The position numbers were made by a program, and so were the translations under genes. Shown here piece by piece: positions 19,383 through 30,244 of a stretch of DNA of 51,506 nucleotides; the first letter of the stretch is position 1; each line of letters opens with the position of its first letter. This DNA comes from an uncultured Gammaproteobacteria bacterium. GTDB lineage: Bacteria; Patescibacteriota; Patescibacteriia; Patescibacteriales; UBA12465. The notes beneath the pieces are model-generated. The model ran no database searches. It saw nothing but the letters and a program-made list of their open reading frames with translations, and was not told the origin of the DNA. The stretch is taken from the NCBI GenBank assembly GCA_964539545.1, contig CAZIJG010000006.1, positions 1 through 51,506 on the forward strand, written 5' to 3'.

Positions 19383-20529
19383 GCTTATTTAATATTTTTA
19401 AATATATATCTTTAGTCTGCTGAGCACAATCTTGCCAACTATATTTTTTTATTTGTTTATAGCCTTCGGCTATTAATTCATTTTTTAAATCTTGATTATG
19501 TAAAAATATTTTTATTTTTTCTAAACTTTCAGAAAAATTATAAGGATTAAAATAATAGGCAGCTTCTCCTAGAACCTCTGGCAAACTTCCCTGATCTGAA
19601 CTAATTACTGGACAACCCTGGGCCATAGCTTCTAGTGGTGGCAACCCAAATCCTTCATAAAAAGATGGGAAAATATAGGCAGAAGCTTTCTTATAAAACA
19701 CCTCTAGATCTATATCTGGCACATAACCTGTAAAGACAACCGACCGACTAAGTTCCGGACTATCTGTTAAGCCCTTTAAACGTTTATAAAAATAATCTTC
19801 CTTCCCCACTAAAATTAGTTTAAGATCTTTAAATTCCTGTAATAACTCAGTAAAAATTTGCAATAATCCTTCCAAATTTTTATGGGGATAGGCGTTTCCT
19901 ACGTAAAGCAAAAAATTACCTATTTGAACATTGTATTTCTCTAAAATCTTCTTATTATTTAATGGAGTTGAATCTGGCTTACTTAATTTAGCTACTCCTT
20001 CATAAATCACAGAAATCTTATCTGAATTAACTCTAAATTTATCCATTAAATCACCCTTAGTAAATTCTGATACAGCAATCACCTGCCTAGACTGCTTAAC
20101 TGCGTGCCAAATTACTAGACGATATAATGCATATTTAATCCGATAAAAAACTGGTCCTAGTTTACTGGCTCGACGAGTAGGAAATTTGGTTAAGATCAAA
20201 TCGTGAACTGTAACCACAAATTTAACTGGAGTTAATAAAGGAACATTGAAATGAGTAAAGTGCATTAAATCTATCTTTTCCAACCAAATTTTAAAAGGAA
20301 ATAAAAATTGCTCTGACCAAGAATACCAACGACTCTTTATTAACACCTTCTTTACTCTGGGATTACTTGTTTTAAATTCAGAAAAATTTTCTTTACATAG
20401 AAAAATTACATATTGATTATTCTCATCCTGATTAATAATATTATCTACTACTTCCTGAGTATAACGACCTAGACCCTTGCCTAGTGGTCCATAAAAACGA
20501 GCATCTATACCAATTCTAAATTTCTTCAT
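19375..20529 (-). CDS. Glycosyltransferase family 4 (MtfB-like)
   Basis: IGIDAR, GLGRY, PHKN and YEGFGLPPLEAM motifs. Confidence 0.93.
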   Translation of the reverse strand: MKKFRIGIDARFYGPLGKGLGRYTQEVVDNIINQDENNQYVIFLCKENFSEFKTSNPRVKKVLIKSRWYSWSEQFLFPFKIWLEKIDLMHFTHFNVPLLTPVKFVVTVHDLILTKFPTRRASKLGPVFYRIKYALYRLVIWHAVKQSRQVIAVSEFTKGDLMDKFRVNSDKISVIYEGVAKLSKPDSTPLNNKKILEKYNVQIGNFLLYVGNAYPHKNLEGLLQIFTELLQEFKDLKLILVGKEDYFYKRLKGLTDSPELSRSVVFTGYVPDIDLEVFYKKASAYIFPSFYEGFGLPPLEAMAQGCPVISSDQGSLPEVLGEAAYYFNPYNFSESLEKIKIFLHNQDLKNELIAEGYKQIKKYSWQDCAQQTKDIYLKILNKHA

Positions 20530-20539
20530 TTTCTTTATA

Positions 20540-21337
20540 CTAAATAATAAATGCTGCTATTAAAGTTAAGAAAGCAAATATCAAAACAAAATAGCCAAAG
20601 TTAATCCGTTGAGCTAACTTCAATAATCCTTTTATGGTCGCCCAACCAAAAACAAAAGCGGTTGCTAACGCCACTAACGCTGGGGCATCCAAAGTAAAAC
20701 GTTCAGTATTCAATATTATGTTACCAAGTAAAATAATCGGCAAACTCATTAAAAAACTTAATCTCAACGAAACTTGTTTATCAAAACGATCTAACAATAA
20801 AGCAGATACCGTTAAACCAGAGCGAGATAAACCTGGAAAAACCGCCAAAGCTTGAATTACACCAAGTAAAATACTATCTCTATTCTTAATATTTTTTTCT
20901 TTCCTATATCCTCTCTTTTCGCTACGTAGTTGCAAAACACCAGTAATTATTAACAACAAGGCTATAAATAAAGTTAAGCCACGAGCCATGTCAGAGATAT
21001 TCAAACTAATACCCTCTATGGCCTCTAGGATAACTAAACCGATCGTTCCGGTGATGGCTGAGGTGATAATTAGAAACTTCAAACTTTTTTGGTCTTCGAC
21101 ATTAGCCTGACGCCATTTAAAAATAGTTTTTATAATTCGCCAAACTTCAGCCCTAAAATAAACCAAGGCTGCTAAAAAAGTACCAAAATGTAAAAAGAGA
21201 GACAAACTGATAATTTCTGAAACTGATTCATTTTGAGCAAAAAAATTGGCCTTAATAATAAAAATGAGGCCTTCTGAACTAACCGGTAACCATTCAGCAA
21301 TTCCCTGAACAGCTCCTAAAATAAAAGCTTCTAGCAT
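20540..21337 (-). CDS. uppP: Undecaprenyl-diphosphate phosphatase
   Basis: QGIAEWLPVSS and PGLSRSG motifs; polytopic. Confidence 0.93.
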   Translation of the reverse strand: MLEAFILGAVQGIAEWLPVSSEGLIFIIKANFFAQNESVSEIISLSLFLHFGTFLAALVYFRAEVWRIIKTIFKWRQANVEDQKSLKFLIITSAITGTIGLVILEAIEGISLNISDMARGLTLFIALLLIITGVLQLRSEKRGYRKEKNIKNRDSILLGVIQALAVFPGLSRSGLTVSALLLDRFDKQVSLRLSFLMSLPIILLGNIILNTERFTLDAPALVALATAFVFGWATIKGLLKLAQRINFGYFVLIFAFLTLIAAFII

Positions 21338-21339
21338 AA

Positions 21340-22881
21340 TTAGACAAAAGGTAAATTACTAGGAGGTCCTCCCTTAGAATTAGCTGGAGGAGTTTCAGTT
21401 TTTTCCTCTTGAGTTATATTTATTTCTTTATTAAATTCTTCTTCTTCATTTCCATTCTCTATCAAATCTCTATTATCTTCACTCTCTAGTATCTCATCTA
21501 ATTTACTTTTACCGTTGTCATTACCGTTATCTTCAGTGAAAAAGTCTGGTTTGTCATCTTCGGACTCAAAAGATTCAGAAAACGGTAAACTAGACGGAGC
21601 TCCAGCTTTACGACCAGGAGCTTTCTGTAATAGCGAAGCTTGAACTGATCCTTCCACTGGAAAATGCCATAAAGTAGCTAATTCCTCAATATTCATTATT
21701 CCAGCATTTCGCCCAGCTAATACATCACGTTTTATATAATTATTTACAATATTATTTTTCTTTCTTAAAACTCGAGGTCCTCTTCTAAAATAATCTGCTC
21801 TAGTCATGGTATGCGTCACATCTGGCATCAAATTGTTTAAATCCAAAGCAGCAAATTGCTTCATATATCCAATAATACCATTAGCCACCTTAGACGGCTG
21901 CATCACTTCTTTGCGGGCCATATATACCACTCTAATTTTTACCTCAAAAGCTAGCTTGGCTATTTTCATATGTATAGCTTCAATTTGCTTTTTCTGTTTT
22001 GGATTCAATTCTATCATAGACAAAGAATCGTCCTTTTTAGGATCATCCTTCTTCTCGACGTCTTGCCAAATTGAATAAAGGCCTTCGCTAGCCTCGCCCA
22101 ACCATTCTACAAATTTTAATAAAAATCCTGAATTAGTCTTGGGCTTTTTATTCAAAAGCTTATCCACTAAATCGTCACCGGCTTTCATCCAATCAAAACC
22201 GATGGGTACAACTATTATCTGGTACCAAAATTGCTCACCCGATCCCAGGGAGCCACATAAATCCATTAAACTAGCCATTGAATCTTTAAACTGCATTTCA
22301 GATGGCCCCAATTGATGTTCGAATTCTCTATATTGCTTGATTGGGAACATTGAGTGTGTAGCCTGAATAAACTCTGACCCCCAAACATCATATTGATCAT
22401 CAGGAAACTTCTTGGGCATACCTTCAGTATAATCGTCAACCTCACTAATTTCTGCATCTGGATATTGTGAATAAACTGAAGATTCTACCAAATCACGAAA
22501 TTGTATTGGAGTCCGAACAATAAACTGTGTATAGCCCTCAATACTAACAACCTCATAGCTAAAGGCTACTTGAAATTTTCCTTCAAACCATTTTTCATAA
22601 AAATTAATTGAACCATGACCACCCGCTAAATAAGAAAACATATTTTCCACTCCTCTAGGAGTCTGTTCATTACCACGAGGAACGTCAATCGCCAAGAAAA
22701 TATAATTTATCTTAGCTGCATATTGATCTTTTTTATATATCAACCATAATTTAGCTGCTCCAACCAAATACAAAATAGCCAGAATCATCCAGCCAAAATT
22801 AAAGAAAAATTGCCAAAACATTGCATCCAATGGTAAGGCGAAAAAATCTTGTATAGAAGTTAAATCCAAGACTATATTCAT
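21340..22881 (-). CDS. Conserved membrane-anchored hypothetical protein
   Basis: N-terminal TM, YSQYPDAEI, EELATLWHFP and acidic tail ending PPSNLP; resembles CPR proteins related to N-domains of VirD4/TraD-like proteins (recollection). Confidence 0.7.
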   Translation of the reverse strand: MNIVLDLTSIQDFFALPLDAMFWQFFFNFGWMILAILYLVGAAKLWLIYKKDQYAAKINYIFLAIDVPRGNEQTPRGVENMFSYLAGGHGSINFYEKWFEGKFQVAFSYEVVSIEGYTQFIVRTPIQFRDLVESSVYSQYPDAEISEVDDYTEGMPKKFPDDQYDVWGSEFIQATHSMFPIKQYREFEHQLGPSEMQFKDSMASLMDLCGSLGSGEQFWYQIIVVPIGFDWMKAGDDLVDKLLNKKPKTNSGFLLKFVEWLGEASEGLYSIWQDVEKKDDPKKDDSLSMIELNPKQKKQIEAIHMKIAKLAFEVKIRVVYMARKEVMQPSKVANGIIGYMKQFAALDLNNLMPDVTHTMTRADYFRRGPRVLRKKNNIVNNYIKRDVLAGRNAGIMNIEELATLWHFPVEGSVQASLLQKAPGRKAGAPSSLPFSESFESEDDKPDFFTEDNGNDNGKSKLDEILESEDNRDLIENGNEEEEFNKEINITQEEKTETPPANSKGGPPSNLPFV

Positions 22882-22932
22882 AGAAAAACTACCTAAATTT
22901 ACTTATATTTTAACATAAAAATGAGAAAAAAT

Positions 22933-22958
22933 AAAATCCCGGTTCACACCGAGATTTT
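22933..22958 (-). terminator. Intrinsic terminator
   Basis: AAAATCCCGG-ttcaca-CCGAGATTTT (one G-U pair in the minus-strand RNA). Confidence 0.75.
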
Positions 22959-22981
22959 GTTAAAAAATATTGTATCAAAAT

Positions 22982-24004
22982 TTAGTTTTTCCACTCTTTC
23001 AAAGCATAGAGTCCACGTCCAACTAATTCATAGCGATCATCTAAAATCAATTCATTATGAACAGTGGCTGGGTTAGCTTTTTTCTTATCAAAGTTTACTT
23101 CGTTAATACGTTCAGCAATTCCAGTAAAGTGCATTGGCTTTCCATTATTCTTTAAAACTAAGTAAATTTTATCATTAATAGTCTTAGGACTAACTTCACG
23201 CCAATCACTTAACCCCCAATCACCAAATTTATTTTGATCTAAATTCTTAATTGCCTGTAAAAATGAATATAAAGACTTATTATCATTAATTGTTTTACTA
23301 TCTTCTGGGAAAACGTCATCTGCAAAGATCTTAGATAAATTACTAGAATCCAGATTTAATTTTGTTTCATACTTTTTATAACTCTTTAAACTCTTTAGAA
23401 TATCTAATAGTTCTTTGGTCTTAACCGTTTGTTTCATAGTCTCTACTTTAGTCATAGCCTCACCAACTAATTCATCAAAATGCTTAGTATCTTGATCTTT
23501 CAATTTATAAGAAATATGGTAATTGTCTTCTTTCTTTACCTTCTCAATATTTTCAGATAACAATTCAGAAATCACAAAATCAAAATAGTTTTTATATAGT
23601 CCTTTTTCTTTATCACCTAATTCTTTCTTATTAGTTTCTTTTAAAGCCAAAGTTAAAATATTCAACAGAAAATCTTGACGCATTAAACCACCATGTTCTT
23701 GGATTAGTTCACGTACAACTTGATTAATATCTTGTAGATATTCTTCTAAATAATTTAATTTTCTTAGTTTTTTCAAACTAGCAGATTCAATCTGCCTAAC
23801 TCTCTCTCGAGTTAAGTTATGAAGTTGACCAATTTTTTCCAGGGTCTCTTTGTTTTTTCCATGCAAACCATAACGCCTAGACAAAACATCTTGCTCCCTG
23901 TCTTTTAAATCAGCGAATAGCGCTTTAACAATTTCAACAGCATCAAGCTTGACTAATTCTTTTTGTTTTTTTTGTTCAATTAATTGTTCTAGAAATTTTG
24001 ACAT
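22982..24004 (-). CDS. Sigma70 region-4 HTH plus C-terminal HARE-HTH (RpoE/delta-like) protein
   Basis: ETLEKIG...LTRERVRQIE at the N-terminus; PMHFTGI...TVHNELI...VGRGLYALKEW at the C-terminus. Confidence 0.85.
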   Translation of the reverse strand: MSKFLEQLIEQKKQKELVKLDAVEIVKALFADLKDREQDVLSRRYGLHGKNKETLEKIGQLHNLTRERVRQIESASLKKLRKLNYLEEYLQDINQVVRELIQEHGGLMRQDFLLNILTLALKETNKKELGDKEKGLYKNYFDFVISELLSENIEKVKKEDNYHISYKLKDQDTKHFDELVGEAMTKVETMKQTVKTKELLDILKSLKSYKKYETKLNLDSSNLSKIFADDVFPEDSKTINDNKSLYSFLQAIKNLDQNKFGDWGLSDWREVSPKTINDKIYLVLKNNGKPMHFTGIAERINEVNFDKKKANPATVHNELILDDRYELVGRGLYALKEWKN

Positions 24005-24180
24005 ATTTCCTAAATCTTATTTTTTCAAACGTTCAGAAAGTTTATCACAATTAAATTGATTAGTCAATAGTAAAACGCCCCAAACTTGCATAAACTGCCA
24101 AAAATAGCTAATTTATTGGATTTTTGGCAAGAAAAAAGACGATTTTTATCGACTTTACATAGCTAAATTAGATAATTATT

Positions 24181-25110
24181 TTAAACTTTTTTAAACAAAT
24201 TTTTATATTGTTGCAATAAAAAATTTTCCTTTACAACAGCAAATAGAAACATACTGACTGCTCTAAAAATTATTTTACATTTATTTTTTCCATTCTGTAG
24301 CTTCCAATATTTTATATATAATAGATGTTGATTTAAGAATGACTGCTCTTTGCCAAACCTCCCCTTCTTCTTTCTGCCTTGAAAGGCTAACAAAAATTTA
24401 GAGTTCTTAGCTACTAAACTACGGTCATGATAAACCCTGGCTTCATAAACTGTTATTGATTTAAAGCCAGCTAAAAATAATCTATAGGCCAAATCACAGT
24501 CTTCTTTATATAGGAAAAATTGTTCGTCAAAATATTGATCATTTTCTTTTACCATCTCTAACGCTTTTAAACTATATAGACCGCAGGCCCCTGAAGGACC
24601 CAAAATAGTTCCTCGTTCTTTAACCCGGCCTTCTTTTTGACCCTGCCCTTTATCCACAAAACGTAATCCTGATTTCATAATAATCCCTAGAGTATCTATC
24701 TTTCCTGTCGAATCAAGTTGAGGGAAATTCCATTGTAATATTTTAGGAGCTACCGAACCTAAATAATCCTTCTTTAAAGCCTCAACCATCAATTTAACGG
24801 CCTCTGCATCCAATATCACATCAGGATTAATAACTAAGAAATAATCAGCGCCTGCTTCTTTGGCCTGTTTTATCATCAAATTATAAGCTCGACCATAACC
24901 AAGGTTCTTTTCTGCTCGATAATATTTTATCTCTGGAAAATTATTTTGAATATATTGTTGATTTTTTAGATAGTCTTGGTCACTATTATCTACGACTAAT
25001 ACAAAAAAATCTTTAGAAAATTCTAAAGACTGTTTTAGGCTAGGTAAAAAATAAGATAGATACTTAGCAGTGTGGTCATTGTAGGTAATAAAACCAACGG
25101 CAATTTTCAT
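24181..25110 (-). CDS. Glycosyltransferase family 2 (rhamnosyltransferase-like)
   Basis: VVDN, NLGYGRAYN, INPD and FDEQFFLYKEDCDL; downstream of rmlD-rmlA. Confidence 0.9.
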   Translation of the reverse strand: MKIAVGFITYNDHTAKYLSYFLPSLKQSLEFSKDFFVLVVDNSDQDYLKNQQYIQNNFPEIKYYRAEKNLGYGRAYNLMIKQAKEAGADYFLVINPDVILDAEAVKLMVEALKKDYLGSVAPKILQWNFPQLDSTGKIDTLGIIMKSGLRFVDKGQGQKEGRVKERGTILGPSGACGLYSLKALEMVKENDQYFDEQFFLYKEDCDLAYRLFLAGFKSITVYEARVYHDRSLVAKNSKFLLAFQGRKKKGRFGKEQSFLNQHLLYIKYWKLQNGKNKCKIIFRAVSMFLFAVVKENFLLQQYKNLFKKV

Positions 25111-25111
25111 A

Positions 25112-25837
25112 TTAAATAACCATTTTATCTGAGAGTATATCTTTAGCTAGATTTTGAGCCTCTAGCAAACTATCGAAAGTTCCAGCATCTAACCAAGCTC
25201 CTTCAACTTTAGCTACGTCTAACTCCCCTTTCTCTAAATACCAATTATTAACATCAGTAATCTCTAACTCTCCTCTTTCACTAGGCTTCATATTCCTAGC
25301 CATTTCTACCACTCGACTATCATAAACATATAATCCTGTTACCGCATAATCGCTCATCCACGTTTCTGGTTTCTCTACTATGCTCTCTGCTTTATTATTC
25401 TCATTAAACTTAACCACTCCAAATCTTTCTGGATCAGGAACTTTTTTAGCAAACACTTTTCCACCACTCTTAAAATTCTCAATTTCTTTGACAAAATCAT
25501 CTTCAAAAATATTATCACCTAAAATCATGGCTACATTTTCTTTATCAATAAAATTCTCGCCAATAATAAAGGCTTCCGCTAGTCCCCTAGGTTCATCTTG
25601 AATTTCATAGGTAAACTTTACACCAAATTCTTTACCACTACCTAATAAATTCAGATAATCTCCCGCTCTTTCTGGTGCTACAATAATCAAGATTTCTTTA
25701 ATACCAGCCTTAATTAAAGTATTTAAAGGATAATAAATCATTGGTCGATTATATATCGGTAATAATTGTTTACTAGTAATTTTGGTTAGTGGTCTCAAAC
25801 GAGTGCCTGAACCCCCAGATAAAATAATCCCTCTCAT
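25112..25837 (-). CDS. rmlA: Glucose-1-phosphate thymidylyltransferase (short form)
   Basis: GIILSGGSGTRLRPLT, KQLLPIY, RGELEITD and WLDAGT motifs. Confidence 0.95.
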   Translation of the reverse strand: MRGIILSGGSGTRLRPLTKITSKQLLPIYNRPMIYYPLNTLIKAGIKEILIIVAPERAGDYLNLLGSGKEFGVKFTYEIQDEPRGLAEAFIIGENFIDKENVAMILGDNIFEDDFVKEIENFKSGGKVFAKKVPDPERFGVVKFNENNKAESIVEKPETWMSDYAVTGLYVYDSRVVEMARNMKPSERGELEITDVNNWYLEKGELDVAKVEGAWLDAGTFDSLLEAQNLAKDILSDKMVI

Positions 25838-26712
25838 AATTTTTTAGTTTGTAAATACTGGGCCAAAGCCTGCTTCCAATAGGGCAGAGGCTTAGCCTTA
25901 GTATTAATTAATACTGAATAACCAGGACGTGTAGCTGGTCGTCTGAACTCTTCACCACTAATTGGTATCAGATTAATTGATTTTTTTAAAATTTTAAATA
26001 ATTCCTGAGCTCCTTGATGCCAAGTAGCTTGACCTCTATTAGTTAAATGATAAATGCCAAAAGGATATTTTTCTTCTAATAGGTTTTTTGTAGCCTCAGC
26101 TAAATCCGGAGTATAGGTAAATGAACTAACTTCTTGGTCTACAACTTTGATCTCTTCTTCCTTCTCGGACAACTCTATCATTATATCAAAAAAACTTGGT
26201 TTGGCTAGAGGATTTTTTCCCTTAGGGCCGAATAATTTTGAAGTTCTGATTAGATAAATTTTCAAGCCATTGGCTTTAAGTTTTAATACTTCGTCCTCTC
26301 CCTGTTGTTTACTTAAACCATATTTATTAATTGGAGCTGGCTGATCAGATTCTGAATAGGGAGTATCTCGACTAATCTCTTGGCCAAATACATAATCTGA
26401 AGAATAATGGATTAAAATTGCTTCTGACTTATGACAAATTTCAGCTAATAGTTTAGGTAACTGAACATTTAAAGTTTGAGCTAAATCCCAAGATTTGGCT
26501 TCAATCTCACACTTATCTACATTATTATAGGCAGCTGCATTAATAATAACCTCTGGTTTAACTTCATTGATTATAACTTCTAAAGTTTTAAGATCCAACA
26601 AATCTACCTCTTCCCTATCCCAGGTAAGAAGTTTAAAATCTTTGTCATGAACAAAAATTTTTTTCAGTTGATGACCTAAGTTTCCTTTGGCCCCTAAAAT
26701 TAATACCTTCAT
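25834..26712 (-). CDS. rmlD: dTDP-4-dehydrorhamnose reductase
   Basis: GAKGNLG, NAAAYNNVD, SSDYVF, YGLSK and RPGYSVL. Start moved to MKVLILG. Confidence 0.93.
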   Translation of the reverse strand: MKVLILGAKGNLGHQLKKIFVHDKDFKLLTWDREEVDLLDLKTLEVIINEVKPEVIINAAAYNNVDKCEIEAKSWDLAQTLNVQLPKLLAEICHKSEAILIHYSSDYVFGQEISRDTPYSESDQPAPINKYGLSKQQGEDEVLKLKANGLKIYLIRTSKLFGPKGKNPLAKPSFFDIMIELSEKEEEIKVVDQEVSSFTYTPDLAEATKNLLEEKYPFGIYHLTNRGQATWHQGAQELFKILKKSINLIPISGEEFRRPATRPGYSVLINTKAKPLPYWKQALAQYLQTKKL

Positions 26713-26747
26713 AAATAAAAACTGCCTTAAAAGCAATCTAGTTTAAA

Positions 26748-28052
26748 TTATAGCCAACTTTTTTCTTGTCTAACTAAAAGCTCCTCAGCTTTTAATGGCT
26801 CTGCCATAACTTCTTTGACCACTCTTTCCATTCTAACGCCTTGTGAGCCCTTAATCAAGACCAAATCATTAACTTGTAGCTTTTCTTGCAAAAATCTACC
26901 AGCATCATCGGATTTATTGAAATAAAAAGTCTTATCTTTAGGAAAGCCCTTATCAATTGCTCCCCGAATAATGTCTCTAGATTTTTCCCCCACCGCAATA
27001 ATCATATCCATATTATGGTCAGCAATCATATGACCCACCTCACGATGACCCTCTTCAGTATATGAACCAAGTTCCAACATATCTCCTAGGACTACTAACT
27101 TTCGCATGGGACCAGAAAACTTCATTTGCTGAATTAATTTTAATGCCAACTTAGTTGATTCAGGCGAAGCATTATATGTATCATCAATCAAAAACGTATC
27201 TTTAATACCAGAAATAATATTCATTCTACCAGCAGGCATTCTAAAAGATTCCAGGGCCTGGGCCACATCTACTAAATTCATCCCTAAACTCAATCCCGCT
27301 AGTGCACCGGCTAGAGCGCCATAAACAGCCGTAAAACTAGTCAACAAAGGCAAACGGGCTGGAATAACAGCTCCTTGATAATTCAATTTAAAACTAATCC
27401 CTCTAATTTTCTCTAGGCTTGATTCATCATCTCTAAAACGTTGAAAATTAAACATCAATTCCTGAGCCTGCAAGCTTGCGCCAGTCTTCAATCCGTAACT
27501 AAACACTTCGGCCTTGCTTAAATTAGACATGTCTCGACTATATACATTGTCGTAATTCAAAATAGTAGTCCCGGTCTTTTTTACATTCTGAACTAAAACC
27601 GCTTTTTCCTGTTGAATATTCTCAATTTTTTTAAAAAATTCCAAGTGAGATTGACTCACTGAAGTAACAATAGCGATATCTGGTTTAATAAAACTAGTTA
27701 GATAAGCCATATCGCCCGGTTTGTCTACGCCCATTTCCAAAATTAATAATTCTGGATATTCTTTATCCTTGAGCAATAATAACTTACAGCCCCTAATAAA
27801 TACTAATAGCCAGTCCCAGATTGAACGACCCGGAGCATCTTCTATACCCAACACTGTTAGAGGTACGCCAAACTCATTATTAAAATTCTTAAAGCTGCTG
27901 CGGCAATTAAAGTTTTTGGACAACACGGCATAGACAGCATCTTTAGTGGTAGTTTTCCCCACGCTACCAGTTATACTAACCACTCTTGGTTTATATTTCT
28001 TTAGAATTAACTTGGTTAAAATCTTCAATTTGAATTGAAATAGTTTTTTCAT
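26748..28052 (-). CDS. murF: UDP-MurNAc-tripeptide:D-Ala-D-Ala ligase
   Basis: ITGSVGKTTTK, NNEFGVPLT, DDTYNASP, LGDMLELG and KGSQG motifs. Confidence 0.93.
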   Translation of the reverse strand: MKKLFQFKLKILTKLILKKYKPRVVSITGSVGKTTTKDAVYAVLSKNFNCRSSFKNFNNEFGVPLTVLGIEDAPGRSIWDWLLVFIRGCKLLLLKDKEYPELLILEMGVDKPGDMAYLTSFIKPDIAIVTSVSQSHLEFFKKIENIQQEKAVLVQNVKKTGTTILNYDNVYSRDMSNLSKAEVFSYGLKTGASLQAQELMFNFQRFRDDESSLEKIRGISFKLNYQGAVIPARLPLLTSFTAVYGALAGALAGLSLGMNLVDVAQALESFRMPAGRMNIISGIKDTFLIDDTYNASPESTKLALKLIQQMKFSGPMRKLVVLGDMLELGSYTEEGHREVGHMIADHNMDMIIAVGEKSRDIIRGAIDKGFPKDKTFYFNKSDDAGRFLQEKLQVNDLVLIKGSQGVRMERVVKEVMAEPLKAEELLVRQEKSWL

Positions 28053-28054
28053 AA

Positions 28055-30160
28055 TTATCTATCTTTAGATACCTGATAATATTTTAACAGAAAATCCGCA
28101 ATCTCGCCAAATAACGGGGCGGCGGAATCAGCGGAAAAACGTACAGTTTTAGGTGAATCTAATTTTACTAAAGCCACAAACTTAGGATCATCTATTGGAG
28201 CAATTCCTACAAAACTATGAGCATAGTCATCTTCACTATAACCGCCTCTACTGGAAGCCACCTGAGCAGTACCAGTTTTTCCTCCTATATAATAGCCGCT
28301 TACAGCGGCTTTCTTGGCATGACCACCTTCAATCACGTTTACTAACATGCCCGATATTAAACTAGCACTTTTCTGCGATATGACCTTTCTAATTACTCGG
28401 GGCTGGGTAACCTGGCTAGTACCGTCTGGATATTTAATCTCTTTTACTAAATAGGGCTTCATTAATACTCCTTGATTAGCAATTGCTGCATAGGACATAA
28501 CCATTTGTAGTGGAGTAACCGCTAGACCTTGTCCAAAAGAAGCGGTGGCAGCATCAATGTCTTTAATCCGTTTTTTTAATAAATTATCTATATCGCCAGT
28601 TGACTCAGTAGGTAATTCAATACCAGTTTTTTGACCGAAACCAAACTTTTCTATATATTCACTAAATTGATCTGGACCTGTTTGTTGCATAGAAAAAATA
28701 GCTCCTGTATTTAACGATTCAGCCAACACGGTGTTCATATCCACCCAACCATGTGGACCATGGCTAGTAAAGTCTGAGTTACTAATAGGTTTTGGCCAAC
28801 CTTTGATCATAATCTGGCCTTGATCCTCATAATAGGTATGCGAAGTTATCTTATCTTGATCTAAAGCAATAGCTAAGGTAATAGTTTTAAAAATAGAACC
28901 TGGCTCATACTGATAAGAAACAGCGGCGTTATTAAACAATTCTAAATCATCTACTTCCTGATAATTATTTGGATCAAAGTTTGGATAAGTACACATAGCT
29001 AAAATAGCTCCAGTTTTAGGGTCTACTACAATAACGTCGCCACTATCAGCTTCATAGTCCTCAACATATTTCTTTAATTTATCACAAACCACAAATTGCA
29101 TAGAACGATCAATGGTTAGAATTACATCTGCTCCATTTTGAGCTTTAACATATTCTCTGTCATTTAAAATAATAGTCTGACCAGATCCTCTACCGGCTTT
29201 CATAACACCCGCTTTACCAAATAGCTCTTCATCAAAAAATTCTTCTAAACCATAGTGTCCATGACTTTCGCCTTTTAAATTACTAACAAATCCTACTAAA
29301 TGTGAGCCAATGTTTTCTTCCGGATAATAACGAAATTGCTTTAATTGATAAGATAACCCCGGATAAGTAATTCTACCAGTCTCAGAAATTTCAACCTCGT
29401 GAGCCAATGGTAAACTAGTGTCTTTCAAATAAACTTTAAAATTATTTATCTCTAAAGCTTCTGCTGGCAACGGTTGCCCAACTTCACCAATTAAATGACA
29501 AAATAAATTAATCAACTCGTCTTCATTAACTTTATCAACTAAGGGTTCATAGGGATCATTTGTCTTATTTAATTTACGTAAATACTCATCTAAAAACTCT
29601 TGTTTTAATTTATCTATCTCCAATCCTATTTTGATTTCTCTTAGTTCTCCAAAGTCTTTATCCAAATTTCTAGTTTGATAACGTCTTTTCGCCTCAGCTT
29701 GTTTCTGTGACACTTCTTCTTCGGTTAAATTTAAACTAGCTACATAGGCTAATTCGTTAGACAACTCATCTTGATCTGAATTCTCAAAACATTCATCAAC
29801 TTTCTCTAAAACATTTTTATGCTCTAGAGCAAAGTATGCTTTTTCTGCTAGAGCTTCTTTATTAATTGCCTCTTTAGGAATAAAGAAAACGGAAGCAAAA
29901 TCTTTATTGGTAGCTAAAGGAAATAATTCCCCACTCCCTAGTTCAGAAATAAATATTCTGCCTCTCTCTGGTTCCAAATTAGTCTGCAAATAATGCTGGC
30001 CAGATGCTAGAGCGGTATAATAATCGTGATTTCCAATCTGTATTTTATACAGTTGGATAATTAAAGACAGAACCAATAAAAAAATAACCGCGGCAATTAT
30101 GTATAGGCGATTATTATAAATTTTCAGTTTCTTTTCTTTTTTATGCCTAGCTCTCCACAT
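28055..30160 (-). CDS. ftsI: Class B penicillin-binding protein (FtsI/PBP3-like) with N-domain insertion
   Basis: ERGRIF, RYYP, EPGSIFK (SxxK), SLN and KTGTAQ; dcw context. Confidence 0.9.
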   Translation of the reverse strand: MWRARHKKEKKLKIYNNRLYIIAAVIFLLVLSLIIQLYKIQIGNHDYYTALASGQHYLQTNLEPERGRIFISELGSGELFPLATNKDFASVFFIPKEAINKEALAEKAYFALEHKNVLEKVDECFENSDQDELSNELAYVASLNLTEEEVSQKQAEAKRRYQTRNLDKDFGELREIKIGLEIDKLKQEFLDEYLRKLNKTNDPYEPLVDKVNEDELINLFCHLIGEVGQPLPAEALEINNFKVYLKDTSLPLAHEVEISETGRITYPGLSYQLKQFRYYPEENIGSHLVGFVSNLKGESHGHYGLEEFFDEELFGKAGVMKAGRGSGQTIILNDREYVKAQNGADVILTIDRSMQFVVCDKLKKYVEDYEADSGDVIVVDPKTGAILAMCTYPNFDPNNYQEVDDLELFNNAAVSYQYEPGSIFKTITLAIALDQDKITSHTYYEDQGQIMIKGWPKPISNSDFTSHGPHGWVDMNTVLAESLNTGAIFSMQQTGPDQFSEYIEKFGFGQKTGIELPTESTGDIDNLLKKRIKDIDAATASFGQGLAVTPLQMVMSYAAIANQGVLMKPYLVKEIKYPDGTSQVTQPRVIRKVISQKSASLISGMLVNVIEGGHAKKAAVSGYYIGGKTGTAQVASSRGGYSEDDYAHSFVGIAPIDDPKFVALVKLDSPKTVRFSADSAAPLFGEIADFLLKYYQVSKDR

Positions 30161-30244
30161 ATATTATTCGGAACTCAAAATATACTTAAATACACTAATT
30201 AATTCATCGAAATAGGGCCAAATGTTAAAGAAAATAGACATATA

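Noticed and set aside
24650-24658. Perfect DnaA box TTATCCACA
   Set aside because: Single copy inside a coding sequence; expected by chance.
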